This document shows, piece after piece, positions 41,278-50,076 of a stretch of DNA of 64,000 nucleotides. Each line of letters begins with the position of its first letter. Positions within the stretch are counted from its first letter, which is position 1. The position numbers and the translations under genes are program-made. The notes beneath the pieces were generated by a model. That model was not told where the DNA came from and did no database searches. It was given only the letters and a program-made list of their open reading frames with translations. Origin of the DNA: SAR86 cluster bacterium SAR86E (GTDB taxonomy: Bacteria; Pseudomonadota; Gammaproteobacteria; Magnimaribacterales; D2472); the NCBI GenBank assembly GCA_000307935.1, contig AMWX01000008.1, positions 93,215 to 157,214 of the forward strand, read 5' to 3'.

Positions 41278-41886
41278 ATGATTTTATATTCTGACAAAGA
41301 CGATCACTACAGCCATAGAGTAAGAATTGTTCTTGCAGAAAAAGATATTGCTTGTGAAATAAGAGAGACATCCAATGAAGAGGCTCCTGAGGAGGTTCTA
41401 GCCTTGAACCCTGATCATACATTACCCATTCTCGCTGACAGAGATCTCGGCCTCTACAATACAGGAGTAATGCTTGAGTATCTTGATGAAAGATTTCCAC
41501 ATCCGCCATTACTGCCAGTATATCCAGTTTCAAGGGCTAATAGCCGAACTTTAATGCTGAGGATAGATAAAGAGTGGTGCCCATTGGTCGATACTTTAAT
41601 TGAAAAAAAACTTTCAGAAAAAGAATTACTTATCATTCGTGAAGAGCTTTTAAATGAAATAAGCACAGTCGCACCAACATTCAAAGAATTCGACTTCTTT
41701 ATGAGTGAGGATTTTTCATTGGTGGATTGTTATTTAGCGCCAATTTTATGGAGATTACCAAATCTTGGTATTAATCTCCCACTTAATAGGCATTTAAAAC
41801 CATTGCTTGATTATCAAGCAAAGATTTTTGCTAGACCCAGCTTTCAAGATAGCTTATCTATGATCGAGAAGGATCTTCGCAACTAA
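41278..41886 (+). CDS. sspA: stringent starvation protein A (GST fold)
   Basis: SHRVRIVLAEK and EYLDERFPHPPLLPVYPV motifs; start at ATG 41278 after GAGGA. Confidence 0.95.
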   Translation: MILYSDKDDHYSHRVRIVLAEKDIACEIRETSNEEAPEEVLALNPDHTLPILADRDLGLYNTGVMLEYLDERFPHPPLLPVYPVSRANSRTLMLRIDKEWCPLVDTLIEKKLSEKELLIIREELLNEISTVAPTFKEFDFFMSEDFSLVDCYLAPILWRLPNLGINLPLNRHLKPLLDYQAKIFARPSFQDSLSMIEKDLRN

Positions 41887-42956
41887 GTAGAGATTAAATC
41901 TGGCTTCATTTTTTTAAGAGTTATGTTCCTCTTAATGCATGATCCTGAACTGAAATTCAATCTACCGGTCATGCCACTTATTGTTCCTGATCTTATGCCT
42001 GACTGTTTGAAGATCTCAGCTATCAGCCAATCATTCAGCACTGCTAGCTCAAGGTAACCCTCCATACTAGTGATTTTATGATTTCTAATTTTGTTTAAGG
42101 CCTGATTAGATATAGGAATATATGAATCCTCATAATCTAAAAGTTGCAAGGGGTTCATTATTCCCTCTAATGCAGAAATAAAATTATAGTAATTATAAGA
42201 ATTCTCTCCAAAATACCTAAGAGCTGGAACTATAGATTTGTAGTCACTGGGGTTAATTAAGATAATGATATTTGAGATATCCTCTCTAGCCCTTGGATTA
42301 AATTGTAAATTCTGGTTTGGGTTGATGTTTAAAATTCTTTTATACCTATCATTACTTTGATTCACTTCTAATATAGTTGATGCAAAATCTTGAAAGTTTT
42401 TTGAGTTAAGTTTTACAAGATATTTATAAGAATTTAGAGAATCAAATTGATTTAAAAGGTATTCATAGTCCGTAGAATAGATAATTAGAGTATCTCCATC
42501 AATGTCGTTTAACTTATTTATGATTGACGACAGAGCATCTTCATAAATGCTTGAACAGAAATTATTAACTTTAGATGTGCGAAAGTTATCAGGAAAACTC
42601 CTTTTATCATTTTCAGACCATTGAATTCTGATTGGAAGATTTAACCCATAAATAAGCTTGATTATTTTTTTAGAATTCTCTCCATTGGGATGAAGTGATA
42701 TTGCAAAAGATTCTTTTTCAATTATTTTTTGATAATTTCTTTTTAACTCTCTGATTAACTCAATGTCATAACCATCTTTAAGAATCGTTTTATCTGACTC
42801 AAAAATTAAACTTAGGCTTTCATCAGAAAAATTATTATATTCATTTAGTGTTTGTAATTTTATTGCGCTAAGTGGCTGATTTACTTCTGCGAGGTCCTGA
42901 TAGAGATTTGTTGATGCGCATGATGCTAGAATGAATAATATAAAAAGATATTTCAC
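41883..42956 (-). CDS. short LpoA/LppC-like lipoprotein (PBP1a activator)
   Basis: Lipobox LASC; PRAREDI...PALRYF and SGMTGRL resemble the LpoA C-domain; divergent from rsmI as lpoA normally is; start probably GTG 42956. Confidence 0.7.
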   Translation of the reverse strand: MKYLFILFILASCASTNLYQDLAEVNQPLSAIKLQTLNEYNNFSDESLSLIFESDKTILKDGYDIELIRELKRNYQKIIEKESFAISLHPNGENSKKIIKLIYGLNLPIRIQWSENDKRSFPDNFRTSKVNNFCSSIYEDALSSIINKLNDIDGDTLIIYSTDYEYLLNQFDSLNSYKYLVKLNSKNFQDFASTILEVNQSNDRYKRILNINPNQNLQFNPRAREDISNIIILINPSDYKSIVPALRYFGENSYNYYNFISALEGIMNPLQLLDYEDSYIPISNQALNKIRNHKITSMEGYLELAVLNDWLIAEIFKQSGIRSGTISGMTGRLNFSSGSCIKRNITLKKMKPDLIST

Positions 42957-42992
42957 CGTAATATTTTTACTACAAAGATACATTGACTTTAT

Positions 42993-43814
42993 ATGCTTTT
43001 TTTAATTTGTACACCAATTGGTAATTTAAATGATTTCTCATTAAGGTCAATTATTACATTGCAAGAGGCTGATAAAATTTATGCAGAGGACACTCGTACA
43101 GCTGCAAAACTTTTTAAGTTTCATGATATTAAAAAAAAATCAGTATCTTTTCATGAGCATAATGAAGTGAATTTAATTTCAGAGATTATGCTTAGTCTTT
43201 GTAGTGGCAAAAACATAGCAATAGTTTCAGATGCTGGCGCACCACTTATATCAGATCCAGGCTATCCACTGGTTCAGAAGTGTATTGAAAATAATATTCC
43301 TTATACTGTTTTGCCGGGACCCTCATCCGTTATAAATGCTGTAATGCTTGCTGGGTTGCCAGCAAATAAATTCTTATTTCATGGATTTTTACCAAGAAAA
43401 TACGATTCAAAGATCAAGGTTGCAGAGAATTTAAATGGTACCGGTTTAACACATATTTTTTTTGAGTCTGCAAAGAGGCTTGAAAAAACCATAGAAGCAT
43501 TTATTGAGGTATTAGATTCCAGTACTCGTGCTGCAGTTTGCAAAGAAATGACCAAAGAGCACGAATCTATATTTAGAGGCTCTTTGTATGAAATACATAT
43601 GCTTTTAAAAAATAAAAAAATTAATTTACTAGGAGAGTTTGTTGTAGCAATTTATTCAGAATTAAGTGCTAAACAGGACAAAAATTTAGATGAGAGTTTT
43701 TGCAAACCATTTTTAGATTATTTATCACCTTCAGATGCATCAAAGCTTATTGCTAAGATTGTAAATTTACCTAAGCAAGATATATATAAATATCTTGTAA
43801 AGATTTCAAAATAA
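42993..43814 (+). CDS. rsmI: 16S rRNA (cytidine1402-2'-O)-methyltransferase
   Basis: TPIGNL.D, AEDTR and VSDAGAPLISDPG motifs. Confidence 0.96.
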   Translation: MLFLICTPIGNLNDFSLRSIITLQEADKIYAEDTRTAAKLFKFHDIKKKSVSFHEHNEVNLISEIMLSLCSGKNIAIVSDAGAPLISDPGYPLVQKCIENNIPYTVLPGPSSVINAVMLAGLPANKFLFHGFLPRKYDSKIKVAENLNGTGLTHIFFESAKRLEKTIEAFIEVLDSSTRAAVCKEMTKEHESIFRGSLYEIHMLLKNKKINLLGEFVVAIYSELSAKQDKNLDESFCKPFLDYLSPSDASKLIAKIVNLPKQDIYKYLVKISK

Positions 43815-43839
43815 ATATAAAAGGTATTAAAATGTATAT

Positions 43840-44168
43840 GAGTTGATCGGATGGTCGCTAGTAATTGCTAGAGGAAAGTCCGGACTTCATAGAGTAAAGT
43901 GCCAGGTAATTCCTGGGAGGTGTGAACCTACGGCAAGTGCAGCAGAAAATATACCGCCAAGAAATTGGTAAGGGTGAAATGGTAGGGTAAGAGCCTACCG
44001 CGCATTTGGTAACAAATGCGGCAATGTAAACCCCACTTTGAAGCAAGACCAAATAGGAATCCGTTTAGGTTACTCGCTTAGGATTCGGGTAGGTTGCTTG
44101 AGCAATATGGCAACATATTGCCTAGATAGATGACCATTTATTACAGAATCCGGCTTATAGATCAACTC
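43840..44168 (+). ncRNA. rnpB: RNase P RNA (type A)
   Basis: P1 GAGTTGATC/GATCAACTC, GAGGAAAGTCC, AGTGCAGCAGAAA, GGGTAAGAGCC and ACAGAATCCGGCTTA; follows rsmI. Confidence 0.96.
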
Positions 44169-44186
44169 GACTCACTTTTTTTAAAA

Positions 44187-44227
44187 AAAAGTGTGTAAAA
44201 GTGTGATAAATGTAGTATAAAGTGTGT
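44187..44227 (+). promoter_or_regulatory. putative MraZ-binding direct repeats (dcw boxes)
   Basis: AAAGTGTG units with GTGTG at 44191, 44201 and 44222 plus a degenerate GTAG at 44212; ~10-nt period; just upstream of mraZ. Confidence 0.75.
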
Positions 44228-44249
44228 AGAAATAATTTATTTACACAAT

Positions 44250-44717
44250 ATGTTTGGTTACACAGCAATTACAATCGATTCAAAGGGACGATTAGCCATT
44301 CCAGCAAAATTCCGTGATCAACTGTTATTTCAAAATGAAGAGAGCATTGCTGTTACAAGAGATCCTCAGTATCCTGCTTTAAAAATCTATCCTGGATCAA
44401 TATGGAATGAAATATCACAGGAGCTTCAATCGCTTCAAGGCCTAGATCCAATTGTAAGAAATCTCCAGTGGACAATTCTTGGAAATGCGAGTGTGAGCTC
44501 ATTTGATCCCAGCGGACGGATGTTAATCTTATTACCATCTGTATTAAGGGATTATGCAGAAATTAATTCATCTGAAAAAATATCTTTTATTGGAATGGGT
44601 AATAAATTTGAAGTTTGGAATGAAAATAATTGGCAAATGAGGCAAACGGGCGGAGCCCTCTCAACCGAAATATTAGAGGTTGTTTTGCCAGAGAGCTTGA
44701 AAACAATATCTTTTTAA
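44250..44717 (+). CDS. mraZ: division/cell wall cluster transcriptional repressor MraZ
   Basis: IDSKGRLAIP and FDPSGRM (DxxxR twice), GMGNKFEVW. Confidence 0.94.
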   Translation: MFGYTAITIDSKGRLAIPAKFRDQLLFQNEESIAVTRDPQYPALKIYPGSIWNEISQELQSLQGLDPIVRNLQWTILGNASVSSFDPSGRMLILLPSVLRDYAEINSSEKISFIGMGNKFEVWNENNWQMRQTGGALSTEILEVVLPESLKTISF

Positions 44718-44731
44718 GTAAGGGGTAAAAA

Positions 44732-45859
44732 ATGAATTGGGAAATTATTGAAGAAAATGCTGGTTTAGCAAAGATTAAGGTTATCGGTGTTGGTGGAGCT
44801 GGTGGAAACGCAGTTATACATATGATCAATCATCAGATACAGGGGGCCGATTTTATTTGCGCTAATACTGATTCGCAAGCTTTGGATAGGGCTACTGGCT
44901 CAACTATCTTAAAACTAGGTGACAATGTTACGAGAGGCCTAGGAGCTGGAGCAGATCCACAAGTTGGAAGAGCTGCTGCAGAAAGAGACAGAGCTGCCAT
45001 TGAAGAATTACTTGCTGGTGCTGACATGATTTTTATAACTGCTGGAATGGGTGGTGGAACTGGAACAGGTGCTGCGCCTGTGATTGCTGAAATTGCTAAA
45101 GAATTGGGAGCATTAACAGTAGCCGTTGTAACTAAACCATTCAATTTTGAAGGACATAAAAGAAAGGCTGCTGCAGAACAAGGCATTGCTGAGCTGGTCG
45201 AAGAGGTGGATAGCCTGATCACAATACCAAATCAAAAATTGATGGATATTTTAGGAAGAAAGACCTCTATGGAGGAAGCTTTTGCAAAAGCAGATGATAT
45301 TTTAAAGGGAGCAGTTCAAGGTATTTCAGACATTATTATGAAGCCTGGATATATTAATGTAGATTTTGCAGATGTTAAAACAGTTATGTCTGAAAAGGGA
45401 ATTGCAATGATGGGTACCGGTCAGTCAACTGCAGAAGAAAGAGGCATTGATGCAGCAAGTCAAGCTGTAAGCTCAGAGTTGCTCGAAGACATAGAGCTTA
45501 AAGATGCAAGAGGGATTCTAGTAAATATAACGGCAAAATCTCCGACTATGGCAGATTTTGATGAGGTGGATTCAGTCATTAGAGATTTTACAGCTGATGA
45601 CGCCACGATTATTTATGGAACAGTAATGGAAGATTCAATGGATGAGGATGAGTTACTTGTTACCGTGGTTGCAACAGGAGTTAATCAAAAAACAGCTACA
45701 TTGGCCGTAGATAACACTCGAAGAGCTACTGTTCAACTTAACCCAGTGGGATTAGATGCACCAAAATTAGACAAATCAATCGAGTCAGGTGGCACATCGT
45801 CTGCAGAGGATATAGATTTCCTTGATGTGCCGACCTTCATGAGAAAACAAGTAGATTAA
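44732..45859 (+). CDS. ftsZ: cell division protein FtsZ
   Basis: GVGGAGGNA, GMGGGTGTG and INVDFADV motifs, C-terminal FLDVPTFMRKQ. Confidence 0.99.
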   Translation: MNWEIIEENAGLAKIKVIGVGGAGGNAVIHMINHQIQGADFICANTDSQALDRATGSTILKLGDNVTRGLGAGADPQVGRAAAERDRAAIEELLAGADMIFITAGMGGGTGTGAAPVIAEIAKELGALTVAVVTKPFNFEGHKRKAAAEQGIAELVEEVDSLITIPNQKLMDILGRKTSMEEAFAKADDILKGAVQGISDIIMKPGYINVDFADVKTVMSEKGIAMMGTGQSTAEERGIDAASQAVSSELLEDIELKDARGILVNITAKSPTMADFDEVDSVIRDFTADDATIIYGTVMEDSMDEDELLVTVVATGVNQKTATLAVDNTRRATVQLNPVGLDAPKLDKSIESGGTSSAEDIDFLDVPTFMRKQVD

Positions 45860-45863
45860 ATCA

Positions 45864-46757
45864 ATGCTGCATGTTCCAGTTTTACTGGAAGAATCGTTAG
45901 ATTTTATGCTCCATAATTTGTCTGGAACTTATCTAGACCTTACTTTTGGAAGAGGCAGTCACTCCCAAGAAATCTTGAATAGACTTAATCCAAAGGGAAG
46001 GCTCTATGCAGTTGATAGGGATTTTGAAGCAGTTTTATATGGTAAAAACAATATAAATGACTGTCGTTTCAGTATCCTCCATGCCAATTATTCAGAGATT
46101 GATTCACTCTTTCCTGAGCTAAAATTTGACGGAATTCTTTTAGATTTAGGTACCTGTTCAACTCATCTTGATAATCCTGAGAGAGGTTTTAGTTTTCAAG
46201 CTGATGGTCCATTGGATATGAGAATGGATACGACTCGAGGCTTCAGTGCATCTGAATGGCTAAATAACGCCAATGAGAGCGAGATAAGTAATATTTTGTT
46301 TGAATACGGAGATGAAAAAGCTGCAAGAAAAATTGCAAAAGCAATAATAAAGTTTAGAGAAATAAAAAAACTGGAAACTACCTCCGATTTAACTCATGCT
46401 GTTGAGTCAGTATTAAAAAGAGTAGGAAAAATACACCCTGCAACTAAATCATTTCAGGCTATTAGAATTCATGTTAATGATGAATTACACCATCTTAAAA
46501 CAGTACTCCCAAAGATTGAGAAGATCTTAAAAATAAATGGAATAGTAACAATAATATCATTCCACTCTTTAGAGGATCGAATCGTAAAAAATTTTTTTAA
46601 ACCTGAAGTAACAGAGCTACCCAAAGATATTCCAGTTAATACTTCAATTAAAGAATCTTATAAGTGCATAAAGAAAAAATTGAGACCTTCCGAAGATGAG
46701 ATTAAGAGAAATCCTCGCTCCAGAAGCGCGGTGATGAGGGTATTCTCTAAGCTATGA
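45864..46757 (+). CDS. rsmH: 16S rRNA (cytosine1402-N4)-methyltransferase
   Basis: HVPVLL, RGFSFQADGPLDMRMD, ISFHSLEDRIVK and NPRSRSA motifs. Confidence 0.97.
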   Translation: MLHVPVLLEESLDFMLHNLSGTYLDLTFGRGSHSQEILNRLNPKGRLYAVDRDFEAVLYGKNNINDCRFSILHANYSEIDSLFPELKFDGILLDLGTCSTHLDNPERGFSFQADGPLDMRMDTTRGFSASEWLNNANESEISNILFEYGDEKAARKIAKAIIKFREIKKLETTSDLTHAVESVLKRVGKIHPATKSFQAIRIHVNDELHHLKTVLPKIEKILKINGIVTIISFHSLEDRIVKNFFKPEVTELPKDIPVNTSIKESYKCIKKKLRPSEDEIKRNPRSRSAVMRVFSKL

Positions 46758-47029
46758 GTGTTAAGTTTTATTTATACTTCTTGTTTATAAATATTTTTCT
46801 ATTATTTCTTCTGTGCATCGAAACTATTAAGGTTAGGTGGCAGTTTAGTCAGGAATATGAAAATAATGCATACCTCAAAGTGGCTAACAGTAAGCTAAAA
46901 GAGATTAATTTTAATCTAAAAACAGAGCTTTATCATTTGAATTCTCCAGCTAAAGTTGAGCGACATGCAAAAGAGGGTTTAAAGATGATTACGATCGAAG
47001 AGGTTATTTATATTAATTATGAAAGATAA
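46754..47029 (+). CDS. ftsL: cell division protein FtsL (divergent)
   Basis: TM helix, coiled coil, SPAKVERHAKEGLKM motif; between rsmH and ftsI. Confidence 0.8.
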   Translation: MSVKFYLYFLFINIFLLFLLCIETIKVRWQFSQEYENNAYLKVANSKLKEINFNLKTELYHLNSPAKVERHAKEGLKMITIEEVIYINYER

Positions 47030-48623
47030 TTTTTCTTTAAGTTGGCGCGCTACTTTGATTTATATTATGTTATTTGCCTGCTTAATCATAATAATTTTTA
47101 GGATAACAAGCCTTTATTATTTTGAAGGAGATTTTTTAACATCCAAGGGCAAGAACATGTTGGAAACCTCACGCTCGATACCGGCAATTCGAGGCAGCAT
47201 GCTTGATAGAAATAATTTCCCCTTAGCAGTTTCAATCAATCAGTATGATTTATATGCACTGAAAAAATTCTCTGAAGAGGATTTTATTGCATTAAAAAAT
47301 ATTCTATTGCTTACAAAGAGTTTTTTGGAAATAAAAGAGTTCGAAAAAAAAATTTTAATATTTTCAAACTTAAATTTTTCTCAGTATGAAAAAATTCAAG
47401 GATTAAAGCTTTCGGGTATTGAGATTGAGTCTTCTCAGAAACGATATTATCCACTTGGAGAGCAGATTGCTCCCTTAATTGGGTTTTCAGGAAAGGATGG
47501 AATTGGTTTAGAGGGGCTTGAAAATATTCTTAATTCAGAGCTATCTGGAGTGCCTGGTCAAGAGATCATTTATAAAAATGCAAGTAGGAGACCTCAAACC
47601 ATCCAAGAAGTTATTCAAGGTAAAGATATTAAGCTAACAATTGACAGCAGAGTGCAATTTTTTGCATTTAAACATCTTTCTAGATTTGTTGAGGCAAATA
47701 ATGCGAAGGGCGGAAGTGCAATAGTGTTAGATAATATTTCTGGAGAAATCCTTGCAATTGCAAGTTATCCTTCCTACAACCCTAATAGTCCCCAAAGGCA
47801 AATTAAGAGAAATAGGGCCCTGGTTGACGCTTTTGAACCAGGATCAATTATCAAGCCCTTAGTTCTAGCAAAAGGTATAGATCTTGGATTACTTGAGATT
47901 GATCAAGTCGTTAAAACGAGCCCAGGATTTATTAAATTAAATGGTCGCACCATATCAGATCCAAGAAATTACAGCGATCTCACAATGAGCGAAATCATTG
48001 CAAAGTCGAGTCAAGTTGGAGCATCGAAGTTAGCTCTCAAAGTTGGCATAGACGCAATCACCTCAGGATACAAAGGTTTTGGTCTGTCAAAGCCACCAAA
48101 CATATTTTTTCCTAGCATTGCATATGGTGTAATTAATTCTAGAGAAAATATAACTGATCATGAAATAGCAAGTATTGGATTCGGCTATGGAATGACAGCA
48201 TCATCTCTGCAACTAGCGCAGGCTTATTCTGTTTTTGCAAACAAGGGTTATTTGAAGGATTTTAAAATATTTAAGAATGATACCCCGCCTTATCAACAGA
48301 GGGTAATAGGTAAAAATACTGCAGATCATGTCCTCAGTTCCTTAGAGCTAGTTGTAAAAGAGGGAACAGGCCAGCTTGCTCAATTGTCGGATTATGTTGT
48401 CGCTGGAAAAACTGGGACTTCTCACAAATCAAGTGCAAAAGGAGGATACGATCAAAGTAAATATATAGCTTCATTCGCTGGAATAGCTCCATTGCAGTCA
48501 AGACGGCTAACCATTTTTGTTACCGTTGATGAGCCTGGTTTAAACAACTATTCTGGTGGCAGTGTTGCTGCCCCATTGTTTGCTGCAATTTCAAATGATG
48601 TTCTAAATTATTTAGATGAATAG
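47019..48623 (+). CDS. ftsI: septal transpeptidase FtsI (PBP3)
   Basis: RGSMLDRN, RYYPLGE, EPGSIIK and GKTGT motifs. Confidence 0.95.
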   Translation: MKDNFSLSWRATLIYIMLFACLIIIIFRITSLYYFEGDFLTSKGKNMLETSRSIPAIRGSMLDRNNFPLAVSINQYDLYALKKFSEEDFIALKNILLLTKSFLEIKEFEKKILIFSNLNFSQYEKIQGLKLSGIEIESSQKRYYPLGEQIAPLIGFSGKDGIGLEGLENILNSELSGVPGQEIIYKNASRRPQTIQEVIQGKDIKLTIDSRVQFFAFKHLSRFVEANNAKGGSAIVLDNISGEILAIASYPSYNPNSPQRQIKRNRALVDAFEPGSIIKPLVLAKGIDLGLLEIDQVVKTSPGFIKLNGRTISDPRNYSDLTMSEIIAKSSQVGASKLALKVGIDAITSGYKGFGLSKPPNIFFPSIAYGVINSRENITDHEIASIGFGYGMTASSLQLAQAYSVFANKGYLKDFKIFKNDTPPYQQRVIGKNTADHVLSSLELVVKEGTGQLAQLSDYVVAGKTGTSHKSSAKGGYDQSKYIASFAGIAPLQSRRLTIFVTVDEPGLNNYSGGSVAAPLFAAISNDVLNYLDE

Positions 48624-50076
48624 ACTATCTTTAATTGAAACATTTATAACAAATAATGCATTTGATTCATGTGTTATTAACTATGTTACCGATGACTCTA
48701 GGGATGTTAAAAAAAACACATTGTTTGTTGCAAGACAAGGTTCTGGATCTCATGGAATAGAGCACATTGATGATGCTATTAAAAATGGAGCCTCTTGTGT
48801 AATCAGCTCTCAAAAAATTAAGAAAAAAATTGATATTCCAATTTGTTATATGGATAACTTAGAGGATTGTATTGTTGAAATTTTATTTAAGTTTTACGAG
48901 CTATCACCCGAAAAATTTTTTTTACATGGCGTGACTGGTACTAATGGAAAAACTACAACAGCATATATGGCTCACAACATAATGCGACAACTCAAAAAAC
49001 CTTCTATGTATGTGGGTACTATTGGAGCCCTTATTAATGACCAACATATACTTACTCAAGGAAACACAACCCCAGGAATATTTGAGCTATTTAAAATTTT
49101 AAATCAGTCTAATCGCGAGGAAATAACCTATGTTTTTGTTGAGATTTCTTCTCATGCTTTAGTTCAAAAGAGATTATGTAATCTACCTTTCCATCAAAGC
49201 ATAATTCTGAACATTCAATCTGATCACTTGGATTATCATCTTTCTAACGAGAATTACATTAATGCAAAACTATCTATCATCAATCTTAATAACATCAATC
49301 CAACTTTAATTTATATAGACAAATTTAAAAATCTTAATTTTGAATTTTCAAAAAAACAAAATGATCTTTTGCGCCAATCAAAATTTATAAGTTCAATTGA
49401 TTCAAAAGCTGAATTTTATTATTCATTGGACTTTAACTCGCATGGGTATTCAAAGATAGACTTTCAATTTCCTGGATTGGATCTAACTTTAAAGATATCA
49501 ACATTACTAAAATTTAATATTGAAAACTATATTTCAGCTATAGCACTAATTTTCAAGCATTTATCATTAAGCGATTTTAAGAAAATTGATTCTCAGTCAC
49601 TTAGACTTCCTGAGGGAAGGGGAGAATTACTTAAATTAAATTCAGGTAAAGTTTTGATAGATTTTGCACATGATCATCAGTCTATGCAAAATATCTTAAG
49701 CGCTTTGGCAGTTTCTTATAAGGAGATAGTTCTAGTATTTGGTTGCGGAGGAGATAGAGACAAATCAAAGAGACCAAAGATGATGAGGGTCGCTCAGAGC
49801 ATTGCACAAAAAATTATCTTCACATCAGACAATAATCGCTTTGAGGAGTTCGCATTAATTGCTGCTGATGCTCTAAAGGGTAATGAATTAAAAAATACTA
49901 CAATTATAGAAAACAGAAAAGAAGCAATAACCGAAGCACTTAAATATTTAAATGAAGACAATATATTAGTTATATTGGGTAAAGGTCATGAAACTCATAT
50001 GGAAACATTAGGTAAGAAAATTATCTTTAATGATAAGGATTGCGTTTTAAAAATATCAAATAATGAAACTTATTAA
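48616..50076 (+). CDS. murE: UDP-MurNAc-tripeptide synthetase
   Basis: GVTGTNGKTT, EISSHAL, DHLDYH, FGCGGDRDKSKRP and GKGHE motifs. Confidence 0.95.
   Translation: MNRLSLIETFITNNAFDSCVINYVTDDSRDVKKNTLFVARQGSGSHGIEHIDDAIKNGASCVISSQKIKKKIDIPICYMDNLEDCIVEILFKFYELSPEKFFLHGVTGTNGKTTTAYMAHNIMRQLKKPSMYVGTIGALINDQHILTQGNTTPGIFELFKILNQSNREEITYVFVEISSHALVQKRLCNLPFHQSIILNIQSDHLDYHLSNENYINAKLSIINLNNINPTLIYIDKFKNLNFEFSKKQNDLLRQSKFISSIDSKAEFYYSLDFNSHGYSKIDFQFPGLDLTLKISTLLKFNIENYISAIALIFKHLSLSDFKKIDSQSLRLPEGRGELLKLNSGKVLIDFAHDHQSMQNILSALAVSYKEIVLVFGCGGDRDKSKRPKMMRVAQSIAQKIIFTSDNNRFEEFALIAADALKGNELKNTTIIENRKEAITEALKYLNEDNILVILGKGHETHMETLGKKIIFNDKDCVLKISNNETY

Noticed and set aside
43858-44052. 64-aa minus-strand ORF
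   Set aside because: It is antisense to RNase P RNA and is a spurious ORF
44187-44230. Short periodic repeats considered as a CRISPR array or iterons
   Set aside because: 10-nt period with no spacers and no cas or rep genes; better explained as MraZ boxes
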